Origin: Escherichia coli
GTDB lineage: Bacteria > Pseudomonadota > Gammaproteobacteria > Enterobacterales > Enterobacteriaceae
Reading direction: 5' to 3' (one strand)
DNA length: 64,000 nt
Assembly (NCBI RefSeq): GCF_045037415.1
Contig: NZ_CP173438.1
Made by a program: the position numbers and the translations under genes
In this document: positions 44,857 to 52,999 of the stretch, in pieces
Layout of the letters: each line of letters begins with the position of its first letter
How positions within the stretch are numbered: position 1 is the first letter of the stretch
Notes under the pieces: model-generated
Database searches by the model: none
What the model was told of the DNA's origin: nothing
What the model saw: the letters and a program-made list of their open reading frames with translations, nothing else

Positions 44857-45630
44857 ATGGACGCACTACAAACACAAACTGTTAATAGTACAACCGCGCC
44901 GCAGCCCAACTACATTCCGGGGCTGATTGCGGTGGTCGGGTGTGATGGCACCGGTAAATCCACACTGACCACCGACCTCGTGAAATCGCTGCAACAACAC
45001 TGGCAAACCGAGCGGCGCTATCTGGGGCTGCTCTCGGGCGAAGACGGCGACAAAATCAAACGATTGCCGTTGGTTGGCGTCTGGCTCGAAAGGCGACTGG
45101 CGGCCAAATCATCGAAAACCCAAAGCATGAAAACCCAAAGCATGAAAACCAAATCTCCAGCGCTATGGGCGGCGGTGATTATGTACTGCTTCTCGCTGCG
45201 AAGAATGGCGAATCTACGCAAGGTTCAGCGACTGGCGCAAAGTGGCGTTCTGGTGGTCAGCGATCGCTTCCCGCAGGCTGAAATTTCGGGCTTTTATTAT
45301 GACGGACCGGGGATCGGCGTCGAACGTGCGACCGGGAAAATCAGCATGTTTCTGGCGCAGCGCGAACGGCGTTTATACCAAAAAATGGCGCAATACCGTC
45401 CTGAATTAATCATTCGTTTGGGGATTGATATTGATACTGCCATCTCCCGCAAGCCTGACCATGACTATGCCGAGCTGCAGGACAAAATCGGCGTCATGTC
45501 GACGATTGGCTATAACGGCACAAAAATTCTTGAGATTGATTCCAGAGCGCCCTACAGCGAAGTGCTGGAACAGGCACAGAAGGCGGTTTCTCTGGTTGCC
45601 ATCGTTTCTGACCGCCGAAGTTTAACTTAA
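44857..45630 (+). CDS. yghR: P-loop kinase-like protein YghR (carries an internal 5-aa tandem repeat)
   Basis: 257-aa ORF MDALQTQTVNSTTAPQPNYIPGLIAVVGCDGTGKST...; SDRFPQ and SRKPDH motifs. Confidence 0.85.
   Translation: MDALQTQTVNSTTAPQPNYIPGLIAVVGCDGTGKSTLTTDLVKSLQQHWQTERRYLGLLSGEDGDKIKRLPLVGVWLERRLAAKSSKTQSMKTQSMKTKSPALWAAVIMYCFSLRRMANLRKVQRLAQSGVLVVSDRFPQAEISGFYYDGPGIGVERATGKISMFLAQRERRLYQKMAQYRPELIIRLGIDIDTAISRKPDHDYAELQDKIGVMSTIGYNGTKILEIDSRAPYSEVLEQAQKAVSLVAIVSDRRSLT
45115..45150 (+). repeat. In-frame 15-bp tandem duplication inside yghR
   Basis: AAAACCCAAAGCATG occurs twice in tandem, followed by a partial third copy (AAAACC), encoding ...KTQSMKTQSMKTKS... Confidence 0.9.
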
Positions 45631-45675
45631 GGCTGGCGGGATACTTTTTACTATCAACGATAAGGTCAGGCTGAA

Positions 45676-47025
45676 TTGGCGGGTTTTAACATCAAACATT
45701 GGTTTGCAGATGGCGCGTTTCGCACCATTATTCGCAATAGCGCCTGGTTAGGCTCCAGTAATGTCGTGAGCGCTTTACTGGGTCTGTTGGCGCTCTCGTG
45801 TGCCGGTAAAGGGATGACGCCCGCCATGTTTGGCGTACTGGTGATTGTACAATCGTACGCCAAGTCGATCAGCGATTTTATTAAGTTTCAGATATGGCAG
45901 CTGGTGGTTCAGTACGGAACACCAGCATTAACCAACAATAATCCGCAGCAATTCCGCAATGTCGTCTCATTTTCCTTCTCGCTGGATATCGTCAGCGGCG
46001 CGGTGGCGATTGTCGGCGGCATTGCCTTACTCCCTTTTCTTTCCCATTCATTAGGTCTGGATGACCAAAGCTTTTGGCTGGCAGCGCTGTATTGCACGCT
46101 CATTCCTTCAATGGCTTCCTCCACGCCGACCGGCATTCTGCGTGCGGTAGATCGCTTCGATCTAATTGCTGTACAGCAAGCGACGAAACCTTTTCTGCGC
46201 GCAGCGGGGAGCGTCGTAGCCTGGTATTTTGACTTTGGTTTTGCGGGTTTTGTTATTGCCTGGTACGTGTCGAATCTGGTTGGCGGCACCATGTACTGGT
46301 GGTTTGCCGCGCGCGAATTACGCCGCAGAAATATCCATAACGCCTTCAAATTGAATCTGTTTGAGTCTGCCCGACACATTAAAGGCGCGTGGAGTTTTGT
46401 CTGGTCAACCAACATTGCCCACTCCATCTGGTCGGCGCGTAACTCGTGCAGCACAGTGCTGGTGGGGATCGTGTTAGGACCCGCTGCCGCCGGGTTATTT
46501 AAAATCGCCATGACATTCTTCGACGCCGCCGGAACGCCAGCGGGTTTACTGGGCAAAAGTTTTTACCCAGAGGTGATGCGTTTAGATCCGCGCACCACCA
46601 GACCGTGGTTGTTAGGCGTGAAGTCAGGTTTACTGGCGGGCGGAATTGGTATTCTGGTGGCGCTCGCGGTGTTGATCGTCGGCAAGCCGCTTATTTCGCT
46701 GGTGTTTGGCGTTAAGTATCTCGAAGCGTATGACCTGATTCAGGTGATGCTGGGCGCAATTGTGATTTCGATGCTGGGCTTCCCACAGGAGTCATTGCTA
46801 TTGATGGCGGGAAAACAGCGCGCTTTTCTCGTGGCGCAAACCATCGCCTCAATCGGCTACATCGTATTGCTGTTCATGTTCTGTCATCTGTTTGGCGTGC
46901 TGGGAGCAGCGTTTGCTTATTTCGGTGGGCAATGTCTGGATGTGGTGCTCTCGTTAATTCCGACCTTAAAGGCATTTTTTCAGCGCCATTCCTTGCTTTA
47001 TAACGCAGCCGGAGAGAAATCCTGA
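45676..47025 (+). CDS. yghQ: MOP-superfamily (Wzx-like) polytopic membrane protein YghQ; start uncertain
   Basis: 449-aa track ORF beginning at TTG 45676 with AAGG 9 nt upstream; highly hydrophobic multi-TM protein. Stop overlaps the start of the next gene (TGATG). Confidence 0.75.
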   Translation: MAGFNIKHWFADGAFRTIIRNSAWLGSSNVVSALLGLLALSCAGKGMTPAMFGVLVIVQSYAKSISDFIKFQIWQLVVQYGTPALTNNNPQQFRNVVSFSFSLDIVSGAVAIVGGIALLPFLSHSLGLDDQSFWLAALYCTLIPSMASSTPTGILRAVDRFDLIAVQQATKPFLRAAGSVVAWYFDFGFAGFVIAWYVSNLVGGTMYWWFAARELRRRNIHNAFKLNLFESARHIKGAWSFVWSTNIAHSIWSARNSCSTVLVGIVLGPAAAGLFKIAMTFFDAAGTPAGLLGKSFYPEVMRLDPRTTRPWLLGVKSGLLAGGIGILVALAVLIVGKPLISLVFGVKYLEAYDLIQVMLGAIVISMLGFPQESLLLMAGKQRAFLVAQTIASIGYIVLLFMFCHLFGVLGAAFAYFGGQCLDVVLSLIPTLKAFFQRHSLLYNAAGEKS

Positions 47026-47849
47026 TGATGAGAAAATATTTCCCGCTTGAGGCGAGCGAGCGTTTATTTGTTGCAGTTGAAGAAGATGATGTCGTTGATG
47101 CACAGGTCAGTTTGCCGCCGACTATCGCACTAAGTTGTACCACCGAAATCATCCATGATAATTACGCGTTATGCCTGCAATTCTGGCTCAATGGCGTCAA
47201 TCGCCAGGAGTTACTGCGTTTAATATGCAAACAGGCCAAAGGCGATGAGCTGACTGCTGATGAGCGCAAACAATTTAAATACATGCGAGCGCGCTACAAG
47301 CACCTGCGTTTTGCGCAACGGCTGTATTTAAAGAAGCATCAGGCCGGATTTTTATTCGGCAAAACGACCGTTTTTTTGGGGCGTTTTCAGGACGGTTTTC
47401 GTAACGGTAAGAAAAATATTGTGTCGTATTACGGCAACTTGTTACGGGTTTATTTAAGCTCTCCGGTCTGGTCGTTGGTGAACTATTCATTACGCCATAG
47501 CCAGTTAGAAAGCGTAAGCGGTTTTATTGCCTATCGGCAAAAGCAAATGCATACCCTGAAAGAGATAATTGCCAAACCGCGACTCACCGGCAGGGAATTT
47601 CATGATGTGCGAAAAATCATCAGCCAGCAGGTTTCTTATTACGACACCTTAAGATCGCTTGATCCTGAAAATAAAGAGGCGTTACAGATTTCCCGCTTCC
47701 TCGCCGCCATTAATGGCCTGATGGGGGATAAACACGACGACATGGTGGCGGATGATATGGAAAACCGCCAGTCGTATGATGCACCGGTGGCGCTGGATAG
47801 CGATATTCGCCAGCGCTTAGAGCTGCTGATTTCGCGTTTTCCGCTATAA
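47025..47849 (+). CDS. Hypothetical soluble protein, no recognisable family
   Basis: 274-aa ORF MMRKYFPLEASERLFVAVEEDD...; coding assignment rests on length, coupling to yghQ (1-nt overlap) and operon context. Confidence 0.6.
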   Translation: MMRKYFPLEASERLFVAVEEDDVVDAQVSLPPTIALSCTTEIIHDNYALCLQFWLNGVNRQELLRLICKQAKGDELTADERKQFKYMRARYKHLRFAQRLYLKKHQAGFLFGKTTVFLGRFQDGFRNGKKNIVSYYGNLLRVYLSSPVWSLVNYSLRHSQLESVSGFIAYRQKQMHTLKEIIAKPRLTGREFHDVRKIISQQVSYYDTLRSLDPENKEALQISRFLAAINGLMGDKHDDMVADDMENRQSYDAPVALDSDIRQRLELLISRFPL

Positions 47850-47857
47850 CCGGAGCA

Positions 47858-48421
47858 ATGATGTCATCTCGTTTGATTATTGCGCTGATTATCATGCTCT
47901 TAGCCCAGGGTGTGCAGGCACACAATTTTGTCACTGGCAAAACGGTTACCCCCGTTTATATCCAGGAAGGCGGCGAGCTGCTTCTGAATAGCGACGACGA
48001 AATTCACTACCAAAAGTGGAACAGCACACAGCTGGCGGGAAAAGTCCGCATTATCCAGTATATCGCCGGGCGTAAGTCGGCGAAGAAAAAGAACTCACTG
48101 TTAATTAAAGCGGTTGAAGCGGCAAACTTTCCGCAGGATCGTTTTCAGCCCACCACCATTGTGAACACCGATGATGCCATCTTTGGTACTGGCTATTTTG
48201 TCGTTGGCAAAATCGAAAAAAATAAACGCCGCTATCCGTGGGCGCAATTCGTTATTGACGGCAATGGACTGGGACGCGTTGCCTGGCGGTTGCCGGAGCA
48301 GAGTTCAACCATTCTGGTGCTGAATAAAGACGGGCAAATTCAGTGGGCAAAGGACGGCAGCCTGACGCCGGAAGAGGTAGATCATGTCATTGCGCTGGCG
48401 CAGAAACTGATCAATGAATAA
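47858..48421 (+). CDS. YtfJ-family periplasmic protein
   Basis: 187-aa ORF with signal peptide MMSSRLIIALIIMLLAQGVQA and GGAG Shine-Dalgarno; body resembles my recollection of YtfJ (QKWNS..LAGKVR..QYIAGR, TTIVNTDDAI, LNKDG..QWAKDG.LTPEEV). Confidence 0.65.
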   Translation: MMSSRLIIALIIMLLAQGVQAHNFVTGKTVTPVYIQEGGELLLNSDDEIHYQKWNSTQLAGKVRIIQYIAGRKSAKKKNSLLIKAVEAANFPQDRFQPTTIVNTDDAIFGTGYFVVGKIEKNKRRYPWAQFVIDGNGLGRVAWRLPEQSSTILVLNKDGQIQWAKDGSLTPEEVDHVIALAQKLINE

Positions 48422-48451
48422 AAAATTCAAAGGATTGAGGGTGTTAGTGAG

Positions 48452-49522
48452 ATGAAGCTGGTTGAACACTACATCATGCGTGGTACGCGCCGTCTGGTGC
48501 TGATTATCGTCGGTTTTCTGATCTTTATTTTCGCCAGCTACTCCGCACAGCGTTATCTGACCGAAGCGGCAAATGGGACCTTAGCTCTTGATGTTGTGCT
48601 GGATATCGTTTTCTACAAAGTGCTGATTGCACTGGAGATGTTGTTACCTGTTGGTCTGTATGTGTCAGTTGGCGTGACGCTAGGGCAGATGTATACCGAC
48701 TCGGAAATTACCGCTATCTCTGCGGCGGGGGGCAATCCGGGACGCTTGTACAAAGCCGTTCTTTATCTGGCGATACCGCTAAGTATTTTTGTCACCCTTC
48801 TGTCGATGTATGGTCGGCCGTGGGCTTATGCGCAGATTTATCAACTGGAGCAACAGTCGCAGTCGGAGCTGGATGTTCGCCAGTTGCGGGCAAAGAAATT
48901 TAACACTAACGATAACGGACGAATGATCCTTTCGCAGACGGTTGATCAGGATAATAATCGCCTGACTGACGCGCTGATTTATACTTCTACTGCCAATCGA
49001 ACCCGCATTTTCCGCGCCCGTTCGGTTGATGTGGTTGACCCATCACCTGAGAAACCGACCGTTATGTTGCATAACGGGACCGCCTATCTTCTCGATCATC
49101 AGGGGCGTGACGACAACGAACAGATCTACCGTAATCTGCAATTACATCTGAATCCGCTGGATCAAAGCCCTAACGTCAAACGCAAAGCAAAATCGGTCAC
49201 GGAGCTGGCGCGCTCAGCCTTTCCTGCCGATCATGCCGAACTGCAATGGCGACAAAGCCGTGGCCTGACAGCATTGTTGATGGCGCTGCTGGCCATTTCA
49301 TTAAGTCGGGTAAAACCGCGGCAAGGGCGATTTTCAACGTTATTGCCACTGACATTGCTGTTTGTTGCCATTTTTTATGGCGGCGACGTCTGCCGTACGC
49401 TGGTGGCTAACGGTGCGATTCCCCTCATTCCTGGTTTGTGGTTAGTACCCGGACTCATGCTAATGGGCCTGCTGATGCTGGTCGCACGCGACTTCTCTTT
49501 GCTGCAGAAATTTTCCCGATGA
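48452..49522 (+). CDS. LptF/LptG-family (YjgP/YjgQ) permease paralog
   Basis: 356-aa ORF: three N-terminal TM segments, a central soluble domain and C-terminal TM segments, the architecture of LPS-export permeases. Confidence 0.75.
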   Translation: MKLVEHYIMRGTRRLVLIIVGFLIFIFASYSAQRYLTEAANGTLALDVVLDIVFYKVLIALEMLLPVGLYVSVGVTLGQMYTDSEITAISAAGGNPGRLYKAVLYLAIPLSIFVTLLSMYGRPWAYAQIYQLEQQSQSELDVRQLRAKKFNTNDNGRMILSQTVDQDNNRLTDALIYTSTANRTRIFRARSVDVVDPSPEKPTVMLHNGTAYLLDHQGRDDNEQIYRNLQLHLNPLDQSPNVKRKAKSVTELARSAFPADHAELQWRQSRGLTALLMALLAISLSRVKPRQGRFSTLLPLTLLFVAIFYGGDVCRTLVANGAIPLIPGLWLVPGLMLMGLLMLVARDFSLLQKFSR

Positions 49523-50598
49523 ATGTTTTCAGTCGCTATTTAATCCGTCATCTCTTTCTCGGTTTTGCCGCCGCCGCAGGGCTATTGCTGCCGCTTTTTA
49601 CCACCTTCAACCTGATTAACGAACTGGATGATGTCAGCCCGGGCGGTTATCGCTGGACTCAGGCGGTGCTGGTGGTGCTGATGACCTTACCGCGTACACT
49701 GGTCGAACTTTCGCCGTTTATCGCATTATTGGGAGGGATTGTTGGCCTGGGGCAGTTATCGAAAAACAGTGAGCTTACCGCCATTCGCAGCACTGGGTTT
49801 TCTATCTTCCGTATTGCACTGGTGGCGCTGGTTGCCGGGATATTGTGGACTGTTTCGTTAGGCGCGATAGATGAGTGGGTGGCGTCGCCATTGCAGCAAC
49901 AGGCGCTGCAAATCAAATCGACTGCCACCGCGTTGGGGGAGGACGATGACATTACCGGCAATATGCTTTGGGCCAGGCGCGGTAATGAATTTGTGACGGT
50001 GAAATCGCTGAACGAGCAGGGCCAGCCTGTGGGCGTGGAGATATTTCATTATCGCGACGATCTCTCGCTCGAATCCTACATTTTTGCACGCAGTGCCTCC
50101 ATTGAAGACGACAAAACGTGGATCCTGCATGGTGTGAATCATAAAAAATGGTTGAATGGCAAAGAAACGCTGGAAACATCAGATAATCTTGCCTGGCAAT
50201 CGGCCTTCACCAGTATGGATCTTGAAGAGTTATCGATGCCGGGGAATACTTTTTCTGTCCGTCAGCTTAATCATTACATCCATTATTTGCAGGAAACCGG
50301 ACAACCCAGCAGCGAATACCGCCTTGCACTGTGGGAAAAACTGGGGCAACCGATCCTGACCCTGGCGATGATTTTGCTGGCTGTGCCGTTCACCTTTAGC
50401 GCCCCGCGCTCGCCAGGGATGGGTAGCCGTCTCGCTGTAGGCGTCATCGTTGGCTTACTCACCTGGATCAGCTATCAAATCATGGTCAATCTGGGATTGT
50501 TATTTGCGTTGAGCGCACCTGTTACCGCGCTCGGTTTACCGGTAGCGTTTGTGTTGGTGGCGTTGAGCCTGGTGTATTGGTATGACAGACAACATTAA
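49519..50598 (+). CDS. LptF/LptG-family (YjgP/YjgQ) permease paralog, LptG-like
   Basis: Track ORF 49438..50598; preferred start ATG at 49519 (MNVFSRYLIRHLFLGFAAAAGLLLPLFTTFNLINELDDV...) overlapping the upstream stop (ATGA). The N-terminus and LSKNSELTAIRSTGFS block parallel E. coli LptG. Confidence 0.78.
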   Translation: MNVFSRYLIRHLFLGFAAAAGLLLPLFTTFNLINELDDVSPGGYRWTQAVLVVLMTLPRTLVELSPFIALLGGIVGLGQLSKNSELTAIRSTGFSIFRIALVALVAGILWTVSLGAIDEWVASPLQQQALQIKSTATALGEDDDITGNMLWARRGNEFVTVKSLNEQGQPVGVEIFHYRDDLSLESYIFARSASIEDDKTWILHGVNHKKWLNGKETLETSDNLAWQSAFTSMDLEELSMPGNTFSVRQLNHYIHYLQETGQPSSEYRLALWEKLGQPILTLAMILLAVPFTFSAPRSPGMGSRLAVGVIVGLLTWISYQIMVNLGLLFALSAPVTALGLPVAFVLVALSLVYWYDRQH

Positions 50599-50632
50599 AC
50601 CCGCCGTGGCGCAACACCACAGCGGGCTCACA
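50599..50632. terminator. Stem-loop between the convergent LptG-like gene and the AOS-like gene
   Basis: CCCGCCGTGG-CGCAACA-CCACAGCGGG, imperfect 10-bp inverted repeat filling the 34-bp gap between two convergent stop codons. Confidence 0.45.
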
Positions 50633-51805
50633 TTACTGCTTCAGAGTAGCAAATGCCTGAATGATGGCATCGATTTGCTCACGACTGTGGGCAGCGTTTA
50701 CGCTACAGCGCAGCAGAGTGATGCCTGCAGGCGCGGCAGGTGGCAGGATAAGATTCACATAAACGCCCAGCGAAATAAGCTCGCGCCAGATGCGTAAACC
50801 TTCCTCTTTCGAACCGATTATTACTGGCACTACCGGGCTAATATGTGAACTTAACTCATAACCCAGTTTTTGCAGACCGTCATACAGATGGTTGGCGTTA
50901 TCCATCAGTTTTTGCCGCAGCTCTGGTTGTGTGGCAATGGTTCTTAACGACGAGCGCACGGTCGCAATGCAGGACGGAGAAGGAGAGGCGGTAAAAATAT
51001 ACGGGCGGCTGCCGTAGCGCAGCACTTCCATCGCTTCCGAACCGACAGCAAAACCGCCAATCGAGGCCAGACTTTTACTGAAAGTACCAACGATAATATC
51101 CACATCATCTTCAACGCCAACGGCTTCAGCCAGTCCGCGCCCCGTTGCGCCTAACACGCCAAACGAATGCGCTTCATCGACAATCAAATAACCACCGAGA
51201 CGACGTTTGATATCAACAATTTCCGCTAACGGCGCAACGTCACCGAGCATGCTGTAGATGCCCTCAACGATGATAATCGCCTCTTTCGCCCGTTCACCGA
51301 GGCGAACCATGCGCCGTTCCAGATCTTTAGCATCGTTATGGCGGAAACGAATAATTTCTGCGCCACCGAGAGAACAGGCGTCATAAATACTGGCGTGGCT
51401 GTCGGCATCCAGTAACACCACGGCGTTATGGTCGGCAAGTGCGCTGATGACGCCTAAATTAGCGGTATAACCGGTTGAAAAAACGATAGCGGTAGGGCGA
51501 TTGAAAAACTCGGCAATCTCTTTCTCTAACGCCAGGTGCGGCGCATAACTGCCGTTTGCCATACGAGAACCGGTGGTGCCGGTGCCTTGGGCCGCTAACG
51601 CTGCCTGACCTTCGGCGATGGCATCATGATTAAAGGTTAAACCGAGATAATTATTGGTCCCGGCCAGAATCACTTTTTTATTGCCGATCCGACCTTCGGT
51701 GGCGGAATACACTTCATCAATACAGGTGCCAAACGGTGTTAACCCGTTGTCACTAAATTGCAGTCGCTCGCCAGCAAGGCGCGCATATTTATCGTATAGC
51801 CCCAT
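50633..51805 (-). CDS. PLP-dependent alpha-oxoamine synthase (serine palmitoyltransferase / BioF / Kbl family)
   Basis: 390-aa ORF with VDEAHSFG and the PLP-lysine block GTFSKS; start ATG overlaps the ACP stop (TAATG). Confidence 0.85.
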   Translation of the reverse strand: MGLYDKYARLAGERLQFSDNGLTPFGTCIDEVYSATEGRIGNKKVILAGTNNYLGLTFNHDAIAEGQAALAAQGTGTTGSRMANGSYAPHLALEKEIAEFFNRPTAIVFSTGYTANLGVISALADHNAVVLLDADSHASIYDACSLGGAEIIRFRHNDAKDLERRMVRLGERAKEAIIIVEGIYSMLGDVAPLAEIVDIKRRLGGYLIVDEAHSFGVLGATGRGLAEAVGVEDDVDIIVGTFSKSLASIGGFAVGSEAMEVLRYGSRPYIFTASPSPSCIATVRSSLRTIATQPELRQKLMDNANHLYDGLQKLGYELSSHISPVVPVIIGSKEEGLRIWRELISLGVYVNLILPPAAPAGITLLRCSVNAAHSREQIDAIIQAFATLKQ

Positions 51806-52053
51806 TATTTATTCTCCAGCCATGGAAGTAGAGTTTCCATTAATTGCGCAGGGGTTTTGACATCCAGCAGAATATTAATAGGAATGGAAATATCGAATCT
51901 GTCTTCCAGCATCATTAAGAGATCCATCACTTTGATCGACTCCAGGCCAAGATCGTTGACGAGATCGCTGTCGGGCTTAATTTCCACACCGTTTTCGACC
52001 AAATCCTGTAAACAGGAAAGGATGTAATCCATTACTATTTCACGATTTACCAT
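51805..52053 (-). CDS. Acyl carrier protein
   Basis: 82-aa acidic protein with a phosphopantetheine-attachment-like DLGLESI motif. Confidence 0.75.
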   Translation of the reverse strand: MVNREIVMDYILSCLQDLVENGVEIKPDSDLVNDLGLESIKVMDLLMMLEDRFDISIPINILLDVKTPAQLMETLLPWLENK

Positions 52054-52084
52054 AGAAACGTTAACACACCTTTAAACAAGACAA

Positions 52085-52999
52085 TCAAAATAGCCCGTTG
52101 CGTAATGCGTGTTCCAGGCTAATCCCGGGAAACCAATTAATATCTTCAGAAATACGGTTATTACTTGCCGACCAGTCGGCATGGGTTAATTCACGGATTT
52201 TCGAACGAGTCAGCATCGGTTCTTTACCCGCCAGACGGCTCAACGCGGTACTGATATCCGCAAGGCAGGTGAGTAGCGGCAGAGGAATACCGACCATCCG
52301 CACGGAACCACAGCGGACATCGGCAACAAGCTGTTGGACACGTTGCCAGTCATAGCCTCCGGCGACGCCATCGCATAATTCATAGGTTTGCGTCTGTACA
52401 GTTTCGGCGCTTAACCACTGACCCACTGCTTGCGCAAAATCGGTGACGTGCAGGAAAGAGAGCTGTGTCTCTGGCGTGCCAAGTCGTGGCAGCAGACCGC
52501 GCAGCATCCAGTCAAACAGCGGTTTTAACTCTTTATCGCCGGGACCATACACGGCTGTCGGGCGAAAAACGCCCAACGTAATTGCGTCAGCCATTGCAGT
52601 CAGCTGTTGTTCGGCGACGTGTTTGGAATTTGCGTACCAGGAGAGTTCGGGATGGCGCGCCGCCAGCGAAGAGATAAACAGAAATCGTTGGCAAAAGCCG
52701 CTCTCTTTTGCCGCTTGCATCAGGCGCAGGCTGCCGTCAACGTTGCAGCGGGTAAAAATCTCTTCTTTGTGCCCGCGCACTTGCCCGGCGCAATGGACCA
52801 CCGCGCTGGCTCCGGTAACCAGTTCGCTAAGCGAATGTGTATCTTCCAGCGAACCGCGCACCCAAGTGAGATTATCATTGACGTGAGCGCGGGCAGTACG
52901 CGTCAATGCGCGAACGTGAAAGCCGCGGGCGAGCAGGTTATCAATAATATATTTACCGATAAACCCGGTAGCGCCCGTCACCGCGACAGTTTGATTCAT
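52085..52999 (-). CDS. NAD(P)-dependent epimerase/dehydratase-family (extended SDR) reductase
   Basis: 304-aa ORF with Rossmann VTGATGFIG and catalytic YxxxK (YANSK); start ATG overlaps the upstream stop (ATGA). Confidence 0.82.
   Translation of the reverse strand: MNQTVAVTGATGFIGKYIIDNLLARGFHVRALTRTARAHVNDNLTWVRGSLEDTHSLSELVTGASAVVHCAGQVRGHKEEIFTRCNVDGSLRLMQAAKESGFCQRFLFISSLAARHPELSWYANSKHVAEQQLTAMADAITLGVFRPTAVYGPGDKELKPLFDWMLRGLLPRLGTPETQLSFLHVTDFAQAVGQWLSAETVQTQTYELCDGVAGGYDWQRVQQLVADVRCGSVRMVGIPLPLLTCLADISTALSRLAGKEPMLTRSKIRELTHADWSASNNRISEDINWFPGISLEHALRNGLF

Noticed and set aside
43246-45630. Possibility that yghT/S/R are the missing ABC ATPases for the LptF/G-like permeases
   Set aside because: Their Walker A resembles ABC proteins, but I find no LSGGQ-type signature, Q-loop or H-loop; the DR(Y/F) and RKPDH motifs fit nucleoside/nucleotide-kinase-like P-loop proteins better.
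45909-46556. 215-aa minus-strand ORF opposite yghQ
   Set aside because: Antisense to the hydrophobic yghQ reading frame; shadow ORF.
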